From positions 35,960 to 99,959 of the IMG/VR virus record IMGVR_UViG_3300023502_000001: a DNA stretch of 64,000 bases. The stretch is one strand, 5' to 3'. The first letter of the stretch is position 1. The number at the start of each line of letters is the position of its first letter. Positions 38,251-47,584 of the stretch are shown here, one piece after another. The notes beneath the pieces are model-generated. The model was not told where the DNA came from, made no database searches, and saw only the letters and a list, made by a program, of their open reading frames with translations. Made by a program: the position numbers and the translations under genes. This stretch comes from a virus.

Positions 38251-38323
38251 GTCTGGATAGCAAGGTTCGAACTTGCGATCTCTGCATCCCAAATGCAGCG
38301 TGTTACCAACTCCACCATACCCA
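38251..38323 (-). tRNA. tRNA-Pro(TGG)
   Basis: acceptor CTGGGTA/TATCCAG, anticodon stem CTGCA/TGCAG, loop TTTGGGA. Confidence 0.6.
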
Positions 38324-38391
38324 GATATAAGCACCTGTTTCACAACAGATACTTACTACAAAAAAAAAGAAATTTAAGAAAACTATTAAAG

Positions 38392-38465
38392 TGACCCCGC
38401 TGCGACTCGAACGCAGGACCCCCAAATTAAAAGTTTGGTGCTCTAGCCAGCTGAGCTACGAGGTC
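38392..38465 (-). tRNA. tRNA-Lys(TTT)
   Basis: acceptor GACCTCG/CGGGGTC, D GCTCAGCTGGCTAGAGC, anticodon stem CCAAA/TTTGG, loop CTTTTAA. Confidence 0.65.
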
Positions 38466-38673
38466 ATTCTTTCTTAAGAAGAACTATCTTATTAGATATA
38501 GTGCATAAGAGTAATGCTACCGCAAGCCAAGAGGCAGCAGAAAGCGCTAAAGATAGCACCAAATCTAATAGCGTGAAGATATAGACTTTTTCTTTTTTGT
38601 ATTGGTTTCTCTCATATACATAAAGCAGAAACCACGATGACAACACTCCCAAAAGGTAAATAAATAATACCAT
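38464..38673 (-). CDS. small membrane protein
   Basis: 69 aa, two TM helices. Confidence 0.4.
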   Translation of the reverse strand: MVLFIYLLGVLSSWFLLYVYERNQYKKEKVYIFTLLDLVLSLALSAASWLAVALLLCTISNKIVLLKKE

Positions 38674-38696
38674 ATCTTTATTTTTTTAATTGTTAG

Positions 38697-38770
38697 TATC
38701 CCGTGAAGGATTCGAACCTTCGACCCACAGCTTAGAAGGCTGTTGCTCTATCCAACTGAGCTAACGGGAC
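38697..38770 (-). tRNA. tRNA-Arg(TCT)
   Basis: acceptor GTCCCGT/ACGGGAT, D GCTCAGTTGGATAGAGC, anticodon stem ACAGC/GCTGT, loop CTTCTAA. Confidence 0.65.
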
Positions 38771-38822
38771 ATCGTGTTCGCTATTATATACAGCGAACTA
38801 CGTTCTTCTTAGTTAATAATTG

Positions 38823-39782
38823 TTAAATATGTTCTTCTGCTATTAACGCATTTCCGCATGTGATTCTGTCTGAATCTTCTTCCTTGGATGGGACAAATAC
38901 TATTACATCCCAGCCTTCTTCCAATAATGGCTGTTCAAACATGCGGTAAACATTGTAGTCAGAATAACCAGTAACTTCAAACCCGTTCTCGATGGCCGAT
39001 GCTGTCTCATGTATTGGAGTTATTTTAACAATGAATTTATCCTTGTCAAATAAACTTGTCAATTCCTTTGCATCGAGTATAGTTTGTGCGGTTACTGGAA
39101 AGTTTAAAGTATACTTTCTGCCCTTAGGCATAGGTAACTTGTCAGCAATTTTGGATATTGCAGATAATGAAAGACTCCTAGAGTCAAATAACTCTAGCCT
39201 CTGCTTATCACTTGTGGAGTTGATGGATAACTGAAGACCTGCTTCTCCTCCATACAAGTCATTCTTAATACTACACCAAACATGAAGAAAATTCTCCAGT
39301 TTTGTATTAGCTCTCGGAAGCATAGTAGATACTACTGGATGTACTGTGTCAGCTCGTAACCCGCATCTTCTTACTACTCCTTTAAGGGCTATTCCAAATG
39401 CTAACACGTCTTGGTTCCAAGTCGGTTCTCCCATTCTTGCAAAGTGTACATTAAATCTTTCGGTGTATCGCACACTTTCGTTCTCTATAATAGTTCGGAT
39501 TTGTCTTTCCATGTCTTCAATAGAAGCATTTCCATAAAATCCGAACTTTGGGACGTCGCAGAATTTGCAGTTCATAGGGCAACCTTTCTGAGTTGAGATT
39601 GTCGCAACCCACTTCTTACTTAGGTTAACCTCAGTATTAGCCACTCCGTTAATCTCCTTAGTTAAACCCAAGAAGTTTGCCTTGATATTGTTCTCTTTAC
39701 CATAGTCTCCTACGGTTAAGAACTCTAATTTATGCTCAGTGTCAACATAAATCTTTCCTGTGTGAGTTAATATTGTTTTCAT
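38823..39782 (-). CDS. radical SAM enzyme, RlmN/Cfr-like RNA methyltransferase family (putative)
   Basis: 319 aa; CxxxCxxC cluster GCPMNCKFCDV plus MGEP motif (FARMGEPTWN) reminiscent of RlmN GMGEPL. Confidence 0.55.
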   Translation of the reverse strand: MKTILTHTGKIYVDTEHKLEFLTVGDYGKENNIKANFLGLTKEINGVANTEVNLSKKWVATISTQKGCPMNCKFCDVPKFGFYGNASIEDMERQIRTIIENESVRYTERFNVHFARMGEPTWNQDVLAFGIALKGVVRRCGLRADTVHPVVSTMLPRANTKLENFLHVWCSIKNDLYGGEAGLQLSINSTSDKQRLELFDSRSLSLSAISKIADKLPMPKGRKYTLNFPVTAQTILDAKELTSLFDKDKFIVKITPIHETASAIENGFEVTGYSDYNVYRMFEQPLLEEGWDVIVFVPSKEEDSDRITCGNALIAEEHI

Positions 39783-40059
39783 TAATCCTCAATCATTTTC
39801 CACATGATAATTATTACTATAAATACTGCTATGTACATGGCACAATTCTCCAGTCTAATCTCCCTCTAGTTATACGAAATTTGTCAGCTTCTGACCAGCT
39901 TCGGAAAGGTCTAATAACCTTTCCATAGCCGTCCAATAGATAGTATTTCATAATCTATAAGTTCTCCATTTATGTGAATTGTACACAACGCTATATCTCC
40001 AACAATTATCATAGTTTCCACCATGATTATATTATTGTTAATCTCTGTGGTTCTTCTTA

Positions 40060-40299
40060 CTATTGCCATAGTTCAAATACTGTTTTTGTGAGTGGGTAAT
40101 TTCCTTGCCATTTTGTTGCATATCTAAATATGCTTGAATTGTCCATACGACGCCAAGTAGATCGGAATAGCGGGAACAAAATCGCCATAACGATGAGTGC
40201 AAACACCAGAACTACAAAGGTTAATCCTTTTAGTATAAATTCTAGTAACCATACAGGCAAAGTTATTGCCCATCTAACAACTGTTAACAACTCGTTCAT
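40060..40299 (-). CDS. small membrane protein
   Basis: 79-aa ORF with TM helices. Confidence 0.45.
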   Translation of the reverse strand: MNELLTVVRWAITLPVWLLEFILKGLTFVVLVFALIVMAILFPLFRSTWRRMDNSSIFRYATKWQGNYPLTKTVFELWQ

Positions 40300-40532
40300 T
40301 TTTCTACAATTATTAAGGTGTTATGGATTTTCATTTCCTCTTCTGAAATCGGAATTAATTCTCCAAATACTCTTATGTACTTTTGTTTATTAACTACTAA
40401 AGATGTTGTAATCTCAGTAATAGTCTCGATATTGTCATTATGCCAATTCTCGATATACTGAGCATGGATTCTTCTAGATAACTCATAGTTATCAGAGGAT
40501 GCTAATCTGTTAATCTTAAATCTCTTTCTCAT
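40296..40532 (-). CDS. hypothetical protein
   Basis: 78-aa ORF. Confidence 0.45.
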   Translation of the reverse strand: MRKRFKINRLASSDNYELSRRIHAQYIENWHNDNIETITEITTSLVVNKQKYIRVFGELIPISEEEMKIHNTLIIVEK

Positions 40533-40612
40533 GGTAAATTTTCTTAATGTTAATCCTGACTACCTATTTCTAGGTAGTTTCGTCTTAATTTTCAAAGACT
40601 CATCAGAGGATT

Positions 40613-41410
40613 TTATCTGAAGAAGGCTACTATAGTAACATCTTCCTCTTTGTTACAATACATGTTCCAGGCCTTATTGATTACTTCAATCTTTTCTACA
40701 TTCCTGCTGGTTGCAGCAATCATGTTTCTAGCCTGCTTGTACATCGGTTTCCCAGAAGATGCCAGCATTTCAAAGAATGTTGAAACTGTTTTAACTGGAT
40801 GTTCTAGCGAAATGATTAATAGGGCTGATACGGCTCCTATAATAGATGCTCCACATATTCCTTTCAACCCATTCTTAACGGCAGTACTACCAATGTATGA
40901 GCAACAATCATATATAAGACGGTTGTCAAGGTAAATTGTCAGTAGATCTTCCGGAGTGTGTTTCTTCCTTAGTTTACTGTAAGACCCTTCGTCCAATGAC
41001 TTTAATTGGTCTTTTAGCAACATGTGCTTGCCAACAATTGCAGCCTTTACTAAGGAATCTGTTACTCCAGCTATGCCAAATACATCTCCCATAGACCTAC
41101 TCTTACCTTGGTCTATTGTAGTCCATGTTTTTCTCGGCACACCTGTAATGAGAATAGTATCAAAGGGTGTGTTAGCTTTTATACACGCTAACAGTCTGTG
41201 ATGGCCGTCAGACACGTCTCCATTCTCATCTAGTATTATGGATTCTCCATTTAATTCCCACTTTCCAGATGCCATCAGGTTGGCGTATTCAGTTACCCTA
41301 CTTCTATTAATAGTTCTATTACCTTTAGATTTCCCATAAAGTCTTTCTGCGTCTTCAGGGTAAATTCTAACCGTTTTACATTTGATTGCTGAGTTTGTTA
41401 AGTTTTCCAT
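40613..41410 (-). CDS. ParB-like nuclease domain protein
   Basis: 265 aa; ParB/Srx N-terminal-domain signature ...ILDENGDVSDGHHRLLA. Confidence 0.55.
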   Translation of the reverse strand: MENLTNSAIKCKTVRIYPEDAERLYGKSKGNRTINRSRVTEYANLMASGKWELNGESIILDENGDVSDGHHRLLACIKANTPFDTILITGVPRKTWTTIDQGKSRSMGDVFGIAGVTDSLVKAAIVGKHMLLKDQLKSLDEGSYSKLRKKHTPEDLLTIYLDNRLIYDCCSYIGSTAVKNGLKGICGASIIGAVSALLIISLEHPVKTVSTFFEMLASSGKPMYKQARNMIAATSRNVEKIEVINKAWNMYCNKEEDVTIVAFFR

Positions 41411-41962
41411 AATCTAAATTTTTTTTGCATTTTACACCTAAAACTTATATTTATAGCATTATACGGCATCAATTGACAAAGGCTTTAAATCCTTTTCGTT
41501 CATCTTTGAACTAATCAATCGAATTTACGATATAGTTTTGCTTTTCAATAAGAAACTGGTGCCCTCAATGTCTTGGGAAGTTATTGAGTTTTTTAAATGT
41601 CAGTCTTCCAACCTGACCGTGTAGTGATACTTAGTAGGCAAAACACTAAGCGGAACTACCTTGAACCTGCCAGACCTCTCCTATTTAGTTACCACATGTT
41701 TCGGCTTTCAATATCCATGTGCAATCTTTTTGCCAATCTTTATAGCGTTGGCGTTATTTGCATTCTCTAATAGATATTATATTAGTCTTTGCAATAGTAC
41801 ATAAGGGTTTACCATTAGAATTAAGTGGCTGTATGAACCGCTCATCTTCATGGTACTCATTACAGTATACATAGTCTTTACCGTAACGATAGTTAAATTC
41901 AATCTTATATTTCATATGCTAATTAAATGATGAAACTATTAGAGCTATCATTACGATAGTTC

Positions 41963-42454
41963 CTACTCGTTTATCAGAGAGTTGCTAAAAATGCAGAGCA
42001 GGCAGTCAATTAGTTCTCCGAAACCTATTCCCTGATGATCGTTCTTCAGTTCGTCTGGAATCCAGTACAAAGCCTTTATCAGTTGCTGTATTTGAAGAGC
42101 ATCGAAAGTTATGTCCCCGGCACTCTCTGCTTCTTCCAATATCTCTATGAAAGCCTCCATAGCAAAACAGCTAGCGTGAGAAAAGTGGTGAATGTTTCCA
42201 TTCTTCTTCTTAAACAAAACGCCACGTTCGTCCGAGCCTATCACTCTGTCCTTGTTGCGGAACAACATTTCCATACAGGCATCGATTCTCATTCGTAATG
42301 CTTTGATGCACACCTCTCGCCATGCCATAACTACTTCATGCGGGCTGTAGCACTTGGCCTGCGACGTTGGATCTTCAACTGCTTTGAAAGGAATAGTAAA
42401 CGACATTACGAATTCTGCGCGCTTGTTTACATGATCTAATGCTAATGTATTCAT
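41963..42454 (-). CDS. hypothetical protein
   Basis: 163-aa ORF. Confidence 0.55.
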   Translation of the reverse strand: MNTLALDHVNKRAEFVMSFTIPFKAVEDPTSQAKCYSPHEVVMAWREVCIKALRMRIDACMEMLFRNKDRVIGSDERGVLFKKKNGNIHHFSHASCFAMEAFIEILEEAESAGDITFDALQIQQLIKALYWIPDELKNDHQGIGFGELIDCLLCIFSNSLINE

Positions 42455-42623
42455 ATTATAAAAGTTTATAAGTTACTAAAAAAGTGCTGGTTTCTGTTTC
42501 ACTTCTAAGCCAGCAAAGGACGAAGGGAGATGGGCTTACCATTCCAATTCTCTTTTTACATTCTCAACCTTATAAAGAGTAATTAGGTTAGCTAGTTTTA
42601 ATTCACCAAGCTTGGAATTGTTG

Positions 42624-42848
42624 CTACTCGAGCAAGGAGTTCATCCCAGCAGTATAAGCTCCCCATATTTCTTTGTAGATATTGCTACTTGAATCTGGGT
42701 CTTCTTCTAACATTTTAGCTAGTAATTCTCTCATTGCTTTTGTGAACTTTTCAATACGTTTCAGTCTTTCTTCCATGGTAATTTTTCTTTTAATTGTTTT
42801 TGAACTATTAGTTTCAGCTTTAGTAAGCTTACTTATCTCCCAAACCAC
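42624..42848 (-). CDS. hypothetical protein
   Basis: 74-aa ORF. Confidence 0.4.
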   Translation of the reverse strand: MVWEISKLTKAETNSSKTIKRKITMEERLKRIEKFTKAMRELLAKMLEEDPDSSSNIYKEIWGAYTAGMNSLLE

Positions 42849-43136
42849 GTAACGGTTGTTCTTATCTTGGGAGTAGGAGACCTAAGTCTCCCAGTATGCA
42901 CAATTGTTTCTCAACAACCTGCACCACTATGTACGATAAAAGAAGATGAATTATCCTGTGCCTACAATCATTTAAGATTGTCTTCGATTGTTAGTACAAT
43001 CTCACAATACTTTGCCTTATCTCACGATAAGACACCTCTATTCATAAGAGATGCTCTGCATTAGTCTCAGGGCGTACCCATTATAATCTTTAACTGCAAC
43101 AGAGTCTACAAGTAGTTGTAGTCCTCAAATACCAAG

Positions 43137-43207
43137 TTCCCCATTCTGGACTCGAACCAGAATCTCCTTCTTTAGAGGAAGGCGCAATAGCATTATACTA
43201 ATGGGGA
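43137..43207 (-). tRNA. atypical tRNA-like gene (anticodon loop CTAAAGA, reads AAA), possible pseudogene
   Basis: acceptor TCCCCAT/ATGGGGA and T-arm TCTGGTTCGAGTCCAGA are good; D-arm weak; A34 is unusual. Confidence 0.3.
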
Positions 43208-43929
43208 AATCCTATCTTGACAACTAGTATAAGATAGGAGATTATTTAGTATGTTTTCCAGACATACAACGTTATCAACGTTCACTAAATTCTGAGGTAG
43301 CTAATCTCAAAACTTGCGAATAGATTCGAGATGGAAAATGACGCCTTATGAGCGTCTCTCTTACTATCTAGCCTATATCTATCTGATGGCTTACTTCAGG
43401 CAACTTCCAATATTGCATACGAATACTTATAGGTGATATACTTTGGTCTACCAGCATATCAGTGGTACTTTGTAATATTGCCATAAGTGACCATTCATAT
43501 GGCTCAATCCTCTTGTAATAGTGTTCAAGTTTGCGAATATACACATTACAATCGTAGCAGTTATTTTCGGATATTGGGTTCTTCTGCGTAACCCGCTTTT
43601 TGTTACCTTTTTATAGGCAAATGTTAGAGTAAATAATCATTGTAGTATGTGTTATAAAACTCATCCTACTGGCGATTTTTTGAGAACTGGAGAAAGTCGG
43701 AAAATCGGCTGTCTTTTGCGTGGACAATTTCTCTCAGCCCTTACCATATTTTCACGTGCAACAATAGTCCCAATCTACATTAGAACCACATTACTTAATA
43801 TAATACTAAAATAAAATAACTACGACGAATTGATTTTGAAGTTTTTGTTTTGTTTTGTTGTTTTCTCCGTTAACCAATGGTCCGATGATGGAGTTCATGT
43901 GGGTATCTTATTTTGAAACCCATAATACC

Positions 43930-44130
43930 TTAGGGTTCATCTATAAAGACTATTCTTACTATCTTCGGAATATCTTCTTCTGACTTTTGATAAGTCATAA
44001 TCCAAGCCCAAGAAGTTTTGCAATAAACTCTATCGGCTTTGAAATTTAACTTTTCATCTGTCTCTGGGTCATAGATGGCTCCCCAGTGATACAAACATTT
44101 TTTAGTCTTGAACTTTTCTCTTGTGTTCAT
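43930..44130 (-). CDS. hypothetical protein
   Basis: 66-aa ORF. Confidence 0.4.
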   Translation of the reverse strand: MNTREKFKTKKCLYHWGAIYDPETDEKLNFKADRVYCKTSWAWIMTYQKSEEDIPKIVRIVFIDEP

Positions 44131-44181
44131 AACTACAAAGACTATTTGTATTTAAAAGAAAGGGGATTTCTCCCCAATCTT

Positions 44182-44676
44182 TTACTCGTAATCCTCAACC
44201 TCAAGTTTGTAAGTTTTCTTTACGTAAGCCGGAGTTGTATCCGACTTCGGAATGTCCTCTGTGCTGATACTTTTGATTGAAAATACTACTTTGTGGTCTA
44301 TACACCAAACAAGGAAATTTGCATTTTCCAACGGTGTACTACCAACAGCCGGAGCGTTTTCGTCGATTTCCACACCTGCAAAGTGTTTTGCGCCGATAGA
44401 TGCACCGTTATCAGTTGTGAAAGTAATAGGAATAAAACGGGCTTGTCCTTCTCTTTGTTGGGTCTGTATGGTTAGTTCTACTTTGTTCATGGCAGCAAGG
44501 GAGAACTTGTCCCCCTTTTTCAAGCCAATCACAACCGAACGTTCATCACCATTTAAGCCTAAGTCTTTTACTACGCTTTTCGCGCGTTCTTCTATACTCA
44601 CATTCTGATTTTTCAATTCTTCTAAGTTCATAACTGTAAATTTTAAAGGTTTATACTTGTTTTTTGTTTTTAACAC
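44182..44676 (-). CDS. hypothetical protein
   Basis: 164-aa ORF, last gene of minus-strand block. Confidence 0.55.
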   Translation of the reverse strand: MLKTKNKYKPLKFTVMNLEELKNQNVSIEERAKSVVKDLGLNGDERSVVIGLKKGDKFSLAAMNKVELTIQTQQREGQARFIPITFTTDNGASIGAKHFAGVEIDENAPAVGSTPLENANFLVWCIDHKVVFSIKSISTEDIPKSDTTPAYVKKTYKLEVEDYE

Positions 44677-45053
44677 ACTAAAGCTGAATTATCATAAAAG
44701 TCGTAATAACTTACCTCTCTTAAAACTTCTGCCAATGTGTAATCATACTCGTTTAATAAATCTTTTTCGTACATAGTTATTTTATTTTTAGTTTTATATC
44801 AATATACAGGGGGGGACTAAGGGGGTTGTGGACCGTAACTACACTCACTCTTATAATTTTCGGAATATAGGTCAGTACCTTCTCTATAAAAATCCGGACT
44901 TTATTTTAACCCCAGGGGGCTATTTATATAAAGTACCGGTACTTGTTTGCCAGTAACTAAATGAAATATGTATAATATTGGAATTAGAATTTTTTAACTT
45001 TGCGTTTAACTTTTGAGAGTTTATTGTTGTATATAACTAAAAAGAAAACAATT

Positions 45054-45461
45054 ATGATTACAGACTTAGAAACTTTGTTAAATTAGGATGAGTTTAAAGA
45101 ACTCGTTAAAGCAATTAATTAGAATCAAGAGTTTTATTGTTCAAAAAAAGGACTCACCATTAAATCAGAGTCTACTGATGATTCTCTATTCTTATTAATA
45201 TCCTATGATAGATAGGAAGAAGAAAGTTGTTTAGCGAACAAGGAAGCAGATACATTCCAAAAATATCTAGAATCTTTAGATGATGATTTATTTGTAGGAG
45301 TATGTGAATATTTGGGAGAAGATAATATTCATAGAATACAAGCATGTTTAGAGAGTGGTAAACTAGAAACAGTAAGAAGTGGGATTGCTAAGTTTAGAGA
45401 AGCTCTATCAAAATTAGTTAATCAACAAATTGAATATTTAAAATCATTGCTAAATGTATGA
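45054..45461 (+). CDS. hypothetical protein (TAG-recoded)
   Basis: hand-called ORF MITDLETLLN(Q)DEFKELVKAIN(Q)NQEF... with 3 in-frame TAG, ends TGA; first gene of plus-strand block. Confidence 0.45.
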
Positions 45462-45594
45462 ACAAATAGCTCAAATAAGAATACTTCTTGCTAACTTGAA
45501 TACTACTATGCAAGCATTATTCCAAGAAAATGAATAGCTAAAGAAAGAACTAGAGAGACTAACAGAAGAAAACAAATCTCTAAAGGAGAAATAA
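45454..45594 (+). CDS. small coiled-coil protein (TAG-recoded)
   Basis: about 46 aa with heptad-like LKKELERLTEENKSLKEK, 1 in-frame TAG. Confidence 0.3.
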
Positions 45595-45598
45595 ATAC

Positions 45599-45670
45599 TG
45601 CCCTATGGTGTAATGGTCAGCACAGATGACTCTAAATCATTTAGTCTGGGTTCGAATCCTAGTAGGGCAA
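45599..45670 (+). tRNA. suppressor tRNA, anticodon CTA (reads TAG), Gln-derived
   Basis: hand fold: acceptor TGCCCTA/TAGGGCA, discriminator A, D-arm GTGTAATGGTCAGCAC, anticodon stem GATGA/TCATT, loop CTCTAAA (C34 T35 A36), T-arm CTGGGTTCGAATCCTAG; near-identical architecture to tRNA-Gln(TTG) at 30395..30466. Confidence 0.75.
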
Positions 45671-45687
45671 CTCCAAAATTAATAGCT

Positions 45688-45915
45688 ATGATAAAATTAA
45701 ATGAGAATTATGCAGTAACTCCAACTGGAGCTAAAACCCTCATTATTGAAGAGGGAGATGATTGGAATAAAGTTTGTGATAAGGTAGTTGGATGTAGGTT
45801 CGATTACATATTTATACCTCAAGAATTTGAGAATCAAGCCTGCTACTTTCTTCCACAAATAACAGTTCAAGGAAAGCAGATAGGTAAAATATGTACTTAT
45901 AAAGTAGTAAAATGA
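45688..45915 (+). CDS. hypothetical protein
   Basis: track ORF 45613..45915 trimmed to Met at 45688 (MIKLNENYAV...) because the upstream part overlaps the suppressor tRNA. Confidence 0.5.
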   Translation: MIKLNENYAVTPTGAKTLIIEEGDDWNKVCDKVVGCRFDYIFIPQEFENQACYFLPQITVQGKQIGKICTYKVVK

Positions 45916-46226
45916 AGCAATGCGCAGTTGTATTGAATGGTAATGATGTTATCAAGGTTTCCAACTTAAAAAGGAAATATGATAAAATAAAGAATAACCC
46001 TAATATGAAAATATTAGAGGAATGTGATATGGATATGTTAGATGAAAAATACAGCTACTGGAATAGAACTTTAAATAGAAATCCAGAAGAAGAGAAAAAA
46101 GAGGAGTCTAAATTACACCACTTTAGAAATCCCAAAACAGGGTGGTTAATAACTAGCATCTATCCAGACTTGGAAGATTGTAAGAATTATATAAAAGACT
46201 GGAGGGATTATGAAAGAATTGATTGA
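45912..46226 (+). CDS. hypothetical protein
   Basis: 104-aa ORF. Confidence 0.55.
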   Translation: MKQCAVVLNGNDVIKVSNLKRKYDKIKNNPNMKILEECDMDMLDEKYSYWNRTLNRNPEEEKKEESKLHHFRNPKTGWLITSIYPDLEDCKNYIKDWRDYERID

Positions 46227-46391
46227 GAGGTATCACGAACTTACTAATCCGAAGGTAGAATCTTTAGCAAGGGTTACATTAGTACTTATTGAAACCATTA
46301 TTGAAGATATTGAAGAGAACGGAAGACAGAATGAACAATGGTTTCTGGATTACTTAGATAGACTAAATGAACTAAGTGTAACGCATTAAAT

Positions 46392-46631
46392 ATGTGGGAT
46401 AGGGAATTTAAGTTTGAAGTCCTAATTAATGGACAATTATTAAATATGGTAAAGGCTAGTTATTTGGAAAGCATTTTAAAAAGCCTTCCGGAAAATAAAT
46501 CCTTACTAATTGATATATGGAATGTAGTTGATAACTCCGTTAGAAATATAATCAAGAACGGACTATATAAAGATACCACAGTAGAAAAAGCTATAATTGA
46601 TAATACATTTAAAGGATATGATAGACTTTAA
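46392..46631 (+). CDS. hypothetical protein
   Basis: 79-aa ORF. Confidence 0.5.
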   Translation: MWDREFKFEVLINGQLLNMVKASYLESILKSLPENKSLLIDIWNVVDNSVRNIIKNGLYKDTTVEKAIIDNTFKGYDRL

Positions 46632-46824
46632 AAAGACATTAACAAATTTACATGATGAATTTCCAGAATTTGATTTGGATACATTATTCAAAATACTAGA
46701 TGCTATAGTAGAAACTTATACTCCTACAATAAATATTCCAAGTAATATTAGACAACCATCGGATAAACCTTGGTGGAATGATATAAATAGAATCACTTGT
46801 ACTTATAATGCGAAAGTTAAATAA
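46597..46824 (+). CDS. hypothetical protein
   Basis: 75-aa ORF. Confidence 0.45.
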   Translation: MIIHLKDMIDFKKTLTNLHDEFPEFDLDTLFKILDAIVETYTPTINIPSNIRQPSDKPWWNDINRITCTYNAKVK

Positions 46825-47118
46825 AAATAGGCGAACCTAATCTCTAGGCTCGCCTATTTTGTTATATGATATAATACCAATCAGTTCTCTCCATAACTCC
46901 TTTTTCTCGGAGCTATTTATTATCCAAATGATAATCCCCATTTCTAAAGTTCAATTCCTATTTATTATAATCCCAATAAAAATATCCCTTCCAGCCTGGA
47001 AGTAGTAGAGTACGACCAGTAGCTGCATGTAAAGTTGCTTTGTTATAGTCCATGTTACTTTTTAAATATAAATAGTAAATACAGATATATTCTCAATACA
47101 ATCTCTTTAATGCACTTA

Positions 47119-47470
47119 ATAATGTTTTTCATCGTTTCTTAGTTTTAATAAATCCATAATTTCCTTTCTTTAATCTAGTAGTAGGAATCCATCCATTATC
47201 TAATATAGACCTATGCCCTCCTGGTTTGTGTATCTTAGCTCCGTCTTCGTGTTTCCATTTAGAAGCATTTCTAGCAAAATTAGCTCGCTTCTTCTAAAGA
47301 GGAGTAGCTTTAGGATTATTTAATACCTTTGTAGCGTGCTCTTGCACTGATTCTCCTGCAGCTTTAGCCGAGGCTGTAAATTTGCCTCTGTTCTCTTTCT
47401 TAATATGAATGCCTGATCCATTCTTGAAAATAGGACATCCAAATGTTGTAATTTTTCTACTGTTAGACAT
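47119..47470 (-). CDS. basic hypothetical protein (TAG-recoded)
   Basis: hand-called 117-aa minus-strand ORF MSNSRKITTFGCPIFKNGSG...KATPL(Q)KKRANF..., one in-frame TAG; fills ORF gap. Confidence 0.45.
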
Positions 47471-47584
47471 TTTTAATATAATGTATTATTTATTGATTTG
47501 TGTCTTACAAAGAATATTAATATACTTGAAAAGTATCAAATAAATATAGATAAATGTGATAAATGATTAAATGAATTATGACTA

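Noticed and set aside
45613-45687. N-terminal part of track ORF 45613..45915 (MVSTDDSKSFSLGSNPSRATPKLIA)
   Set aside because: This is a translation of the suppressor tRNA sequence; the real start is the Met at 45688.
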